A DNA stretch of 64,000 nt from the human T2T-CHM13v2.0 reference genome, Homo sapiens (GCF_009914755.1 NC_060931.1), one strand, 5' to 3'; counted from the stretch's first letter, positions 39,958 to 53,113 are shown. Numbers and translations: made by a program. The notes: generated from the sequence alone by a model not told the origin.

Positions 39958-39960
<3 letters not shown>

Positions 39961-39990
<30 letters not shown>
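39961..39990 (+). repeat. (CA)15 microsatellite
   Basis: Direct reading. Confidence 0.98.
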
Positions 39991-39995
<5 letters not shown>

Positions 39996-40246
39996 GCTGA
40001 AATAACTAGATTTTTCCTTCCTTTATCATGATATAATCCTCATATATAAAAAATGAAGCTGCAATAATACCATCAGGATATTTGACAACCATTTTTTTGA
40101 TAATGGTAACAGATTGTGTCTAGTTATTCTTACCTACTGAGTCCCATTATTATATGACTAACCACAATCATCTGCAAGCTGAGAAACCAGGATTAATTTC
40201 TAGCCTCAGAACAGAAAGTAATGACAAATTGACATTTGGGCCAAGT

Positions 40247-40336
40247 AAGAAAATAGATCTGTTTACAAGTATATGAACATGAGCTAATCCAAAGAAAATA
40301 GATCTGTTTACAAGTATATGAACATGAGCTCATCCA
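40247..40336 (+). repeat. Tandem duplication, 2 x 45 bp, one mismatch
   Basis: aagaaaatagatctgtttacaagtatatgaacatgagct(a/c)atcca twice. Confidence 0.95.
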
Positions 40337-40421
40337 TAGAACTTTGTTACCTAGGAAAATTCTTACTGTACAGTTATGAGATCTGTCCTACAGGACATCG
40401 ACTCTTAATTTTGATCATATT

Positions 40422-40582
40422 TTAGAGTTGCCAGATTTAAATTTAAATTTCAACAAACAACACATATGTTGTTAGTATAAGTTAACAAAAATGTGTCCCA
40501 TAAAATGGAGCTCAAGATCTTATAATTCTTAATAAGTGTTTCAGGTGATTCTTAGGAACCGTAGGATCTGAGAACAATGGAC
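40422..40582 (+). mobile_element. hAT MITE fragments (MER53-like, then MER5-like)
   Basis: agagttgccagattta...ttagtataagt, then taataagtgtttcaggtgattctt...tgagaacaatgg. Confidence 0.5.
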
Positions 40583-41269
40583 TTTATATTAGGTGCTGTG
40601 CTTAGATGTGGAGATGCAAAAATAATATAAGCTAATCTCTCCCCATAACATTTCATTGATAAGTGTAGAATATGGGGAAAAAAAATAATTATCTGATCTT
40701 CTTTTCTCCCTTGCTGCCCTGTAAAATATCACCAGTTTCCAATTTCATTAGTTTTATTATCAGAGTTTTACAGAGTGCCGTTGTTAGCCTGGAACCTTAC
40801 TCAAATTTTAGAAATATGATTGATGCTTTTTGAACACTCAGAGTTTACAGAGTGCCAAGCAATTATCAATGAAGCATCTATTTCTTTGTTGTTTTCAAAA
40901 AATCCTAGTTGTTCCGTCCTACTTTCTCTAAATTGGTTGTTATTAAAGATAAAAATGTCCTCAAGAAAAGAACATGCTCAAAATGTTTTTAACAAGAGAT
41001 TTTGAAATATTTGAGCTGTCAGAAACAGGGATTTCAAAGGGTGACAGTAAAGTTCATCCAATTCCCACACAACTACAGTGCCATCAGAATTCAGTACTGC
41101 TGTCTTCAAACTAAAAGCAGAAAGCGTTATATATAAGACATAAGAAAATGATTTCTGCTGATTTGAAAAAAAAAATCTCTGCTTTGAGAATACTCATGTC
41201 CTTTTTAGAAGTGTTAGCATTAAAGAGATGATTTATAACTAATATAATCTACTTACTTCCAGTCCCCCT

Positions 41270-41495
41270 TACCCTGATGGATTTTTTTTCTATAGTGCCT
41301 ATTAGCCTGTAACATACTATATTGTTTACTTCTCAGTTGCCTTTATTTCTTATTGTCTATCTGTCCCCACTAGAATATAAATGCCACAGAAGCAGAGATT
41401 TTTTTTTCTTTTGACAGTTTTGTACATTAATACACAAAGTGGAGGAAAGCTAACTAGCACATAGGCAGTATCTACTAAATGTGTTGAATGAGCAA
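41270..41495 (+). mobile_element. L2a 3' end
   Basis: tattgtctatctgtccccactagaatataaatgccacagaagcagagattt...gcacataggcagtatctactaaatgtgttgaatga. Confidence 0.8.
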
Positions 41496-42309
41496 GTTAA
41501 CTAATAAAATAATACTCTATCCCTCTTATTACTAATCCATCTCTGAGGGATGAGGCTGTTCAAGCACTGCTGCGCTGGGTTTTGTCCAACATTCCAGAAA
41601 ACATTTTTAGATGGATATAAGTAATGCTGACCTTTGTATATGGAAAGGAGCTAGTACTCAATAATGGGTCCTGCCTTTTGGCCCCTTTGACAGTTGTAGG
41701 GCTAAATTCATGCTGATTTGCTCCTATACTCTCATCTGGAGATCATCTGACCCATGACCAAACTCTGCAAATATGGTTGACATGGCTTAAGAGCACAACA
41801 GTGAAGAAGTCTCAGAACAAAACCTCAGTGACCACCTAGGGGGCAAGGTCCTGACACTGTTCTCAGTAAAACCTGTCTTGAGAATATCATGCTTTATATA
41901 ATTCCCTTTAATTCTACAGGACTTATGAAGGTAGAATCCACCTTCAAATACCTCTTTTATGTTAGAGAACATGTTAGATTCATTAATAATTTCCAAAAAT
42001 ATTATTTTAGAAAATAAAATTATAATATGGATCTCCTCCCATAATAAATCTTTTTTCTAGAAGCACATTTTATTTCATGCTTCTGCCCAATCATCTCCCA
42101 CTCTCTCATGTAGAGACAAAAGTGTTTTGCAGGCCAAAGGATAGACAAAATAAATAATAACAAGGAGAGAATGAATACTCACAAATTGATCCCCAGATAA
42201 TTCATAAACAGTACATTTACCTAATATAGCATATTTTCTTACTTTTTCTCCAGTCATATGCATAATATTAAATACCACGTTAAAGCTGTCATTTTAATGG
42301 CTCACCAGC

Positions 42310-42460
42310 TATGCAGTAGTGGAAAGAGCATAGGATTTGGAATAGAACGCAACTTGAATTTCAACTCTGTACCTTACTAGCTACATTACGTTTGCAAATT
42401 ACTTAAATCAGCTGAGTCTCAGTTTTTCTCTTTTGTAAAACTGTTGGAGCAACACCTACT
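42310..42460 (+). mobile_element. MIR
   Basis: gtagtggaaagagcataggatttggaat...cttactagct...ttgcaaattacttaaatc...ctgagtctcagtttttctc. Confidence 0.8.
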
Positions 42461-42676
42461 ACTAGACAGAGATCCTGGAATAGCTCCCAGAATGGTAGAG
42501 GAACATACTGGATCTCTTCACCTGGACACTGGATCCCAACCCTGATTGCCTCTCAAGGACTTCAGGACTGCACCAACAAGTCTTTCTTTCTGGCCTAGAC
42601 AATACTTTTGTTACTGTATCTTTCGCTCAACATTCAACCATACTTCTCTTTTCCTTCCTTAAAACATACATATAGT

Positions 42677-42740
42677 CTCACACACGCACTCAGATACAGA
42701 CATACACACACACACACACACTCACACACACACACACACA
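42677..42740 (+). repeat. Interrupted (CA)n microsatellite
   Basis: Direct reading. Confidence 0.9.
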
Positions 42741-43298
42741 GAGTTTGATTCAGGTCCCTCTGACTACCTATTTCTCTCATTTCTTTGAGAGGAAACTGCA
42801 CCAAACTTGATACTCTCTCTGCATTCTCTCCTTTATATAAAATTGAACTCTTTCCCCACCACTCCTTTAACCTCACTGCTGTCGATGTCATTCTACACTA
42901 ACAAACCCAGTGGTCATTGTCACGTTGCATCTCACTTGACCTATAGCAGTATTTAACACAATCAGGCTGTCAGTTCTCTCTGTCTTGAAATACTTTCTTC
43001 ACTTGGCTCCTAGACACTAGTCTTCTGATCTGATTTTCCTCCTATCTCACAGCCATTCAACCCCCCTTTCCTTTCCAGTGTTTTCCTCATTTTTCCAATC
43101 ACTGAATCACAGTCATTGAACCTCTCATCTTTTCCAACTACACTCATTCCCTGGATGCATTCTTCATTCCAAGGACTATGAACACTGTCCACTTATTAAT
43201 GAATACTTAATTTAGATCTTTAGCCAAGACTGTTCTACTAAACTCATGACTTAGAGACCCAATTTCCTACTATAGGAAATTCCCTCCTCTTAGATGTC

Positions 43299-43767
43299 TG
43301 CTGTGGTTTGGTTTGTCCCCACCAAAACTTATGTTGAAATTTGATCACAAGCGTGGCCATGCTGGGAGGTGAGGCTTCGTAGGAGGTGTTTGGGTCATGG
43401 AAGCAGATCCCTCATGAACAGATTGATGCTATTCTTGCAGTAGTGAGGAAGTTCTTGCTCTCTTGAGTCTGAATTAATTCTTGTCAGAATGGATTAGTTT
43501 CCAAGAAAATGGGTTATTATAAAGCGAGTTTCCTCCTCCTCTTGGTTCTCTCTTCACATATGTCCACTTCCCTTTTAACCTTCTGCCATGTTGTGACGCA
43601 GCATATAAGCCCTCACCAGAAGCCATGCAGATGCCAGTACCATGCTCCTCATACTTCTAAGCCCACAGAATCATGAGCTAAAGATACCTCTTTTCTTTAT
43701 AAGTTTTCCAGCCTTAGGTATTTTTCTTATAGCAAAACTGGACTAAGACAAAAAATGGACTATGGCA
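43299..43767 (+). mobile_element. MSTB-type MaLR solo LTR
   Basis: tgctgtggtttggtttgtccccaccaaaacttatgttgaaatttgatc...gggtcatgg...cagatccctcatgaa...gccctcaccagaagcc...ggactaagaca. Confidence 0.9.
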
Positions 43768-44067
43768 ACGTATAACAGGCTTAGGCAACTTTACTCTTCC
43801 AAAATAAAGTTGTAATCTTGTATACAAAACTGCTCCTCCATAGTCTTCCTCATCTCAATCCACTTGCTTAGTTCAAAAAAATCTTGTTATTTTCCTTGAT
43901 TCCTCTCTTTGGTTCACTCTCCACATTTAACCCATCAGCAATCCACATTGGCTTTAAATTGAAATATATCCAGATACTGACTATTTTTTGTTACCATCCC
44001 TGCTACCACTCTAATTCAAGTTGCCATCAGGTCTTGTCTAACTGGTCTCCCTGAGTCCACTTTGCCC

Positions 44068-44176
44068 CACTACATTCTACTTTCAACATTATTGCAGAGT
44101 GATCCTGTTTAGACGCAGGTCACTACAGTCTACTTTCACCATTATTGCAGAGTGATCCTGTTTAAATGCAGGTCAC
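44068..44176 (+). repeat. Tandem duplication, 2 x 53 bp, four mismatches, inside L2
   Basis: cactaca(t/g)tctactttca(a/c)cattattgcagagtgatcctgttta(g/a)a(c/t)gcaggt twice. Confidence 0.92.
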
Positions 44177-44859
44177 ATTATCTCATTTATTGGCTCAAAG
44201 CCTTCAGTGCTTCCCATCTCCTTACAACAGGCTACAAGGCCTTATATGATACAGCAGCTTCTCATTATTATTCAGATTTCCTCTGCTCTTCTCACCCTCC
44301 CACTCCAACTCCAATGGCCTCCTTGACATTCCAGGAAGATTCCATGCTTGCCTCAGGGCCTTTGCACTTCCTTCCCCCCCAGCCTGCAATATTTCCCTCC
44401 AGTATATCCATATTGATCACTCTCTCATCACCTTGAAGTCTTTGTTCAAATGTCTCCCTCTAGGTGAGTCCTTTCCTGACCATCTATTTGAAACTGAAAA
44501 CTCTCATCCCTGACACATCCTATCTATTTTCCCTGCTCTATTTTCTCCATAACACTTTTTGATTTCTAAACTATCATTCAACTTACTTTTTTAAAAATTA
44601 TCTTTTTCTGTCTGCTAAAGTGGAGGCTTCATGTGGGTGTTTCTGGCTGTTTTATTTTTTAATATATCTACAATATCCAGAATAGTGCTGGGCCTTAGTA
44701 GGTGTTTAATAAATATTTGATAAAATTAATATTAGACTGTTTTAAAAAATTTATCAAATAAGCCAACAAAAGCATATATTCACCTACACTATTCAATCTT
44801 GCTTATAATTTGAATAAGTGAAATGTGAAAATCCTTATATGGTTTTATTTACCTTATTT

Positions 44860-45329
<470 letters not shown>

Positions 45330-45555
45330 CTAAAGTGGTTTATAATTTAGGAAAAGAGTAAAGATATCTGCATAAACATCTATAATAAAACTTTTGTTAT
45401 ATATTACATACTATACAAAATAAAGTAGCACATAATTATAAGAAATATTTAAATATAAAATCCAGATTATATTTAAATACATATTTAAATTCTTGCTATT
45501 CGTAGGATACTTTAAATTTTAATAATGTTATTATGGACTAGAATACCAAAGATAT

Positions 45556-47905
45556 TGATATGGTTTTGCTCTGTGTCCCCACCCAAATCTTATCTTGTAG
45601 ATCCCATAATTCCCACATGCTGTCAGAGAGACCTGGTGGGAGATGATTGAATCATGGGGGTGGATTTTTCCCATGCTATTCTCATGCTAGTGAGTAAGTC
45701 TCACGAGATCTGATGGTTTTTAAAAAATGGGAGTTTGCCTGAACAAGCTCTCTCTTTGCCTGCTGCCATCCACGTAAGATGTGACTTGCTCCTCCTTGCT
45801 TTCCACCATGATTGTGAGGCCTCCCCAGCCATGTGGAACTGTAAGTCAATTAAACCTTTTTCTTTTGTACATTGTCCAGTCTCAGGTATATCTTTATCAG
45901 CAGTGTGAGAATGAACTAACACAGTAAATTGGTACCTGCAGAGTGGGGCATTGCTGAAAAGATACCCAAAAATGTGGAAATGACTTTGGAACTGGGTAAC
46001 AGGCAGAGGTTGGAACAGTTTGGAGGGCTCAGAAGAAGACAGGAAAATGTGGGAAAGTTTGGAACTTCCTAGAGACTTGTTGAATGGCTTTGCACAAAAT
46101 GCTGATAGCAATATGGACGATAAAGTCCAGGCTGAGGTGGTCTCAGATGGAAATAAGGAACTTGGAAACTGGAGCAAAGGTGATTCTTGTTATGTTTTAG
46201 CAAAGAGACTGGTGGCATTTTGCCCCTGCCCTCCCTAGAGAATTGTGGAACTTTGAACTCGAGAGAGATGATTTAGCGTATCCGGTGGAAGAAATTTCTA
46301 AGCAACAAAGCATTCAAGGGGTGAGTTGGATGCTGTTAAAGGCATTCAGTTTCAAAAAAGAAATAGAGCATAAAAGTTCAGAAAATTTGCAGTCTGACAA
46401 TGCAATAAAAAAGAAAATCCCACTTTCTGAGGAGAAACTTCAATCTGGCTACAGAAATTTGCATAAGTAACAAGGAGCCGAATGTTAACCCCCAAGACAA
46501 AGGGGAAAATGTCTCCAGGACATGTCAGAGACCTTTACAGCAGTCCATTCCATCACAGGACAAGAGGCCTAAGAAGAAAAAGTGGTTTTGTGGGCTGGCC
46601 CCAGGGTCCCCATTGCTGTATGCAGCCTAGGGACTTGGTGCCCTGTGTCCCAGCCACTCCAGTTGTGGCTGAAAGGAGCCAATGTAGAGCTTGGGCTGTG
46701 GCTTCAGAGGGTTCAAGCCTCAAGCCTTGGCAGCTTCCACATGATGAAGGGCTTGCCAGTGCACAGAAGAATTGGGGTTTGAAAACCTCCACCTAGATTT
46801 CAGAGGATGTATGAAAATGCCTGGATGACCAGGCAGAAGTTTGCTCTAGGAGGGGGGTCCTCATGGAGAACCTCTGCTAGGGCAGTGTAGAAGGGAAATG
46901 TGGGGTCATAGCCCCCACACAGAGTCCCTACTGGGGCATCACCTAGTGGAGCTGTGAGAAGAGGGCCACCATCCTCCAGACACCAGAATGGTAGATTCAC
47001 TGACAGCTTGCACTGTGTGCCTGGAAAAAAAAAGCCACAAAGATTGAATGCCAGCCCATAAAAGCAGCCAGTAGGAAGCCTGTACCCTACAAAACCACAA
47101 AAGCAGAGCTGCCCAAGATCATGAGAACCCACCTCTTGCATCAGTGTGACCTGGATGTGAGAACTGGTATTAAAAGATCATTTTGGAACTTTAATATGTG
47201 GCTGCCCTGCTGGATTTCAAACTTGCATGGGACCTGCAGCCCCTCTGTTTTGGCCAATGTCTCCCATTTGGAATGGCTGTATTCATCCAATGTCTGTACC
47301 CCCATTGTATCTAGGAAGTAACTAACTTGGTCATAGGTGGAAGGGACTTGCCTTGTCTCAGATGAGACTTTGGACTGTGGACATTTGAGTTAATGCTGAA
47401 ATGACTTAAGACTTTGGGGGATTGTGTGAAGGCATGATTGGTTTTGAAATGTGAGGACATGAGATTTGGGAAGAGCTAGGGGTGGAGTGATATGGTTTTG
47501 CTCTGCATCCGCACCCAAATCTCATCTTGTAGCTCCCATAATTGCCACAGGTTGTGGGAGGGAACCAGTGGGAGATGATTGAATCATGGGGGCAGATCTT
47601 TCCCTTGCTGTTCTCATGATAGTGAATAAGTCTTATGAGATCTGATGGCTATAAAAAAAAAAAAAAAGAAAAAGAAAGAAAGAAAGAAAAGAAAAAAAAC
47701 AAAAAAATCCCACGAGTTTACCTGCACAGCTCTCTCCTTGCCTGCTGCCATCCACGTAAGATGTGACTTGCTCCTCCTTGCCTTCTGCCATGATTGTGAG
47801 GCCTCCCCAGCCACATGGGACTGTAAGTTGATTAAACCTCTTTCTTTTTTAAATTGCCCAGTCTCAGGTATGTCTTTATCAGCACAATGAAAATGGACTA
47901 ATACT
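45556..47905 (+). mobile_element. Full-length THE1A MaLR provirus: 5' LTR 45556-45923, internal region 45924-47487, 3' LTR 47488-47905
   Basis: Both LTRs start tgatatggttttgctctg. Internal region starts gtaaattggtacc. 5-bp TSD gatat at 45551-45555 and 47906-47910. Confidence 0.95.
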
Positions 47906-48499
47906 GATATATTTAGCCAAATATTTATAAGGAATGTCTTTGCTATAGAAGTAGTCAGAGACTATGTTAAGGTACACTGTGCTTCTATAAAAGGGAAAGA
48001 CACAGGCCTAGTTTTATCAAGAAATCAAGATTTTTTAAAATTTATAACTTTTGTTCTGAGGAACATTGGAACTCATGGACGTATACTTTTTAATTTAATC
48101 TCAAAAGTGACTCTTTGAATTAAGGTGAAAGTATATTTACCTAACTGAAAAGGAAATGGAGGCTCAGAGAGAGTTAATAAATTGTCCAAGGCCACATATC
48201 ATCCCCCCAGGTTTTCCTGGGAGTATAGTAGAGTTTCCTTGCCTAGCTAAGAAATTTTTCTAGCCTAATATATGTACATTGGCCTTGAGAATGCGTATCT
48301 CTATCCTTGCACTTGACACAATATTTAATAATTTAGTAATTCCCTACTTACATGACTTTCTTACTATGCTGTTAGGTCCTTGTGAACAGGAGCTCTGAGT
48401 AGTTCGTTCTTACAACTTCAGTGCCACTTATCATGTCAAATGTGGTGGAAGTGTTCAGTAAGTATATGTTGAATCAATAGATGTGTTAGTACATGTATA

Positions 48500-49950
48500 T
48501 AGTCACATGTTGCTTAAAGATGCAGATATGTTCTGAGAAATGCATCATCAGCAATTTTGTCATTGTGCAAGTGTCATAGAGTCTACTTACACAAACCTTG
48601 ATTGTACAGCCTACTGCACACCTAGGCTGCATGGTATAGCCTACTGCTCCTAGGTTACAAACCTGCACAGAAGGTTACTGCACTGAATACCGTAGGCAAT
48701 TATAACACAATGGTAGGTATTTGTGTCTCTAAACACATCTATCTATGAAAAAGACATTTGCACATGTATGTATATAGCAGTACAATTCACAATTGCAAAG
48801 ATGTGGAACCAACCTAAGTGCCCATTGACTAATGAGTGGATAAAAAAAATGTGGTATATATACATCATAGAATACTACTCAGCCATAAAAAGGAATGAAA
48901 GAATGCCTTTTGCAGCAATTTGGATGGAGCTGGAGGCCATATTCTAAGTGAAGTAACACAGGAATAGAAAACCAAAAACCGAATATTCTCACTTTATAAG
49001 TGGGAGCTAAGCTATGGGTAAGCAAAGGCACACAGAGTCATATAGTGGACTTTAGAGACTCATAAGAAGGAAGGTGGGGGAAAGCTAGAGATAAAAATGT
49101 GACACATTAGGTATAATGCACACTACTCAGGTGACGGGTGCACTAAAATCTCAGAATTCACCACTATCTTGTTCATCTGTATAACAAAAAAAACCACTTG
49201 TACCCCAAAAACTATTGAAATAATAAATAGCTATAAAGAAAAAGAGTAAAAACAACTAGTATTCCCAGCAATACTAGCTATGAACTGTTCATTTGATATA
49301 TTTCCCTAAAAAACACATATGTAGATATATTAATTTTACAAAATTAAATGAGATTCATACTGTAATAAAAGAACAAAAAATGTATCTGAACATAGAAAAG
49401 GTACGGTGAAACACAGCATAAAATATTTTTTTAAAGGTACACCTGTATAGGGCATTTACCATGAATGGAGCTTGAAGACTGGAAGTTGCTCTGGGTTAGC
49501 CAGTGAGCAAGTGGTGAGTGAATGTGAAGGCCTAGGATATTACTGTACTCTACTGTAGACTTAATAAACACTGTACACTTAGGTTACACTAAATATATGA
49601 AAAAAAGTTTTTCTTTTTTCAATAATAACTTTAGCTTACTGTAACTTTTTTACTTTGTAAACTTTAATTTTTTAAATTTTTTGACTTTTGTCATAAGACA
49701 GCTTAAAAAACAAATCTTATACAGCTGTACAAAAATATTTTTCCTTATATCCTTATTCTGTAAGCTTTTTTCTATTTTTAAGTTTTTTAATTTATATTTT
49801 TTACTTTTTAAATTAAAAGAGAAACTAGGACACAAAAACACACATTAACTCAGGCTTACATGGGGTCAAGATCATCAACATCACTGCCTTCCACATCTTG
49901 TCCCACTGGAAGGTCTTCAGGCAGTAACATGCATGGAGCTGTCATCTCCT
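48500..49950 (+). mobile_element. Tigger3 (Golem/MER7-type) DNA transposon, interrupted at 48741-49377
   Basis: agtcacatgttgcttaaagatgcagatatgttctgagaaatgcatc...acttacacaaacct. Resumes at tgtatctgaacatagaaaaggtac...ggaagttgctctggg. Confidence 0.9.
48741..49227 (+). mobile_element. L1PB 3' end (5'-truncated)
   Basis: ORF 48723..48947 (IAKMWNQPKCP...NEWIKKMW). 3' UTR gggtgcactaaaatctcagaattcaccacta...ccacttgtaccccaaaaactattgaaat. Confidence 0.92.
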
Positions 49951-50854
49951 TATTTGTTTACTGATATTACAGAGGTCAGGGACCTCAAGATGGTTTTTTA
50001 AAAATAATTTTACTCTCCACATCTTATTCTGTTGAGGAAAGATCCTGAGTCCCTCCAAGCATGTCTAGAGCTGACTGCTTGGAATTTTAATGTCTCTTAG
50101 TCGATATGGTCCCTGGACTCAAAGCATCATTGGTTTTAAACATCGCTAATGCCAGGAGCAGTAAGCATTTTCCCTGAAGTTTCTGCTGATGCTCCTGAAC
50201 AAATTTGTTTATTTTTCTTTCACTACTATTCAAACATAAATAGTACCCAATATCTAGTTTGTTATCTTTATCCATATATGAATGGCTGTTCCCAGAAATG
50301 AGTTGGCATAGTTTTGATTAAAAACTATTTTCACACATCTAGGAAAACAGCACAGCTAACTGTGGAGACACAGAGTGTGATCTAGAGGATTAATAAAGAC
50401 CAGTGAGCACTGACAAATGAAGCTTATTTGTTCCTTCCTATTACTAACTCTTATCCTCCAGGAAGAGGGGCTGCCTGGCAAAAGCAGAAGTTTCAAGTCC
50501 AGTGAGACTTAAGTATTAACCAGATGCTGTAGCAAAAAAAGCAAGAAATAAGAAATAAATTAGAAGATCATTGTATAGTACAAATACAACTTTTGAAAAG
50601 ATAAAACAGGTATTTACTTGTGGGAATTTCAGAGACATTTACTTAAGAGTTCAGCACGAAAAAATTTTTAATGCAAAGATACAATATTTATTTAATAAGC
50701 AAAAATTCTGTATCTGTTCTAAGCAGCACAAAAACTGCATTAAATATTTTGTTGTCATCAATTCATAACCACTTTCAAGCTTCTTGCAACATGTTCTTCT
50801 ATTAGTAATAAACAATTCTAAAAATCCATGCTGATTTTGAAAACTCTTTGTTTT

Positions 50855-50864
50855 TTTTTAAATT

Positions 50865-50896
<32 letters not shown>

Positions 50897-51008
50897 ACTT
50901 TAAGTTTTAGGGTACATGTGCACAATGTGCCGGTTAGTTACATATGTATACATGTGCCATGCCGGTGTGCTGCACCCATTAACTCGTCACAATAGCAAAG
51001 ACTTGGAA
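50855..51008 (-). mobile_element. Miniature L1PA3-like insertion with an about 22-nt inverted 5' segment
   Basis: 16-bp TSD gaaaactctttgtttt at 50839-50854 and 51006-51021. Antisense 3' end runs to aactcgtca, then sense tcacaatagcaaagacttggaa. Confidence 0.95.
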
Positions 51009-52819
51009 AACTCTTTGTTTTGTGTGAAACTAATCCATGAGTTTTTTTTCAAACTGTTAACAAATGCTTGAGATTTTTAAATGAGGATTTAAGGGTAGGG
51101 TTTTAGGGGCTACCTGATCACAGCATTTTAGGTAAATCAGCATTTTTCTCAAGATTGCCCATAGAATTCTCCGCATCCTCAAAGTTATCCTTCATGTCAA
51201 AGAAAATAAAAATGCTAAGAGCTTACTTAGAACAGTTAAATTTACTGAAGTGTATTTAGACACTTAATCTGATGCTCAAGGCAACAAACTAGAATGACGC
51301 TGCTTGTCTGAGAAAAGAATAAGCTCATAATAGCAAAAATAATTTCTCATTCTTTGAAAATTATCTTTGTTATTTTTAAAGCAAAACAGACCATACTCTA
51401 CTCACTTATTAATTTCTTTTTCAATAGTTGAAAATGTTTTGGAAGAACAAAGGCAGAGTAGGCATGTGGGCCATGGAAAAAACTTTACACTTGGCCAGGG
51501 CCAGCCTCAAACTTAAAACACTTTGGTCTGTCCTTAGAGCAACTGCTTGACCAGATGAACCTCAGCATCCTAATCCGAAACAGTATCTGCCAAAAGATAG
51601 GTGTAGCGTCTCACATATGATAAATATCCAGTATAAATTAGCTTCATTCTTTTCTCTCAATTGCCATAAAGGTGTATAATGAGAATTGTGTTTTCATTTT
51701 TATTTATTTTCTCAGAAGTGACATTTTAGTTATTGGTAACAGTACCCAGTGACTGACTCAACTTTTCTCATACTCTTTAGGAAAGCACAGGTGATATAAA
51801 AGAGGATCGGTGCCTCAGGGACTCCTCAAACCTATTTGTATCTTGGCCAAATTAGGTTTTACAAAATACTGAAAGCAAATTGATTGATCTTGTCTAACTT
51901 TTATTGCTATTTAACTGGGCCAGAGTTTCCCATACACTTAATAGACTATCACTGAATGAAAAAACTTGACAGGTTCTGGAAAGTTGTTCCCCCAAATTGT
52001 TCTCTTATCCCACTTAAATAAGTAGTTTAAATATCCCTGAAAATTTCTGTTTAAGAAATGAGATTTCAGAATCTTCCTGCAAATTTTAACTCTATAATTT
52101 ACTAAGCCATGTCCAACCATTATACCTGAGGAAGAATTAGTTTATGGAATTACATGCTAGATACAGATGCACATTGAAATAAGCTTAATTTAGAAGTACC
52201 CCTGAGAGTGTGGCTGAAGAATCTCTGGTAAAAGAATTGTGGCAATTCTGCAATATGAGACATTTCCTGGGAGCATAGGCTTAGGGACATTAGGTCATTA
52301 GGAATCCTGAGAAGAAGGGAAATTAGATGGCAAAGACACACTTCCAATTTCTCACTGTTGCCAGAACAGTTTCACCCGGATATGGTCATTGTTTATGAGT
52401 TGTTAATTGGTGCTGAGACATGTATAAGCATTGAGGAGACTGATTCTGATTTTCATGAGTTTCTGAGAGTATTGTTCATGCTTACAATTTAATACTATAT
52501 GATTCTCTACTGATAATGATACTCCTAAAATTCTTAATAAACATTCAGTAATATGATGAGATTCTCTGGGAAGATGAGACAAAGGAAATATCTGTAAGAT
52601 ATTTTCTTAAAAACAGTAATGAATAGCAAGAGTGAGTTATTGAAAAGGATTACATAGCCTGATGTAGCAGTAATGTAAGGTCGTGAGTATGGGATCTATA
52701 AGTCAGAAACTATCTTCAATCTCCTCTTTATTTTCCCAATAAACATATATGTGTATCTACCCGTCCTAAACTTTTTACAACCTCAGATGGCTTCTTCCCT
52801 TCTAATCAAATGTTATCTA

Positions 52820-53113
<294 letters not shown>

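Larger units (their letters stand above)
42505..44725 (+). mobile_element. Long L2 remnant, interrupted by (CA)n and an MST LTR
   Basis: acttgacctatagcagtatttaacaca, ccttgattcctctctt, cccatcagcaatcc, gcctcagggcctttgcactt, agtaggtgtttaataaatatttg. Confidence 0.85.

Noticed and set aside
39730-40336. Direct repeats as a CRISPR-like array
   Set aside because: Two-copy head-to-tail duplications without spacers, in primate DNA, with no cas genes.
40760-40856. Near-identical 19-20 nt direct repeat tcagagttt(t)acagagtgcc about 60 nt apart
   Set aside because: Could be a TSD or small templated duplication, but the enclosed sequence has no polyA or recognisable element. Too little to support a call.
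45701-47321. Cluster of 66-158 aa ORFs
   Set aside because: All lie within the THE1A LTR or internal region. They are fragments of the decayed MaLR internal ORF or its antisense.
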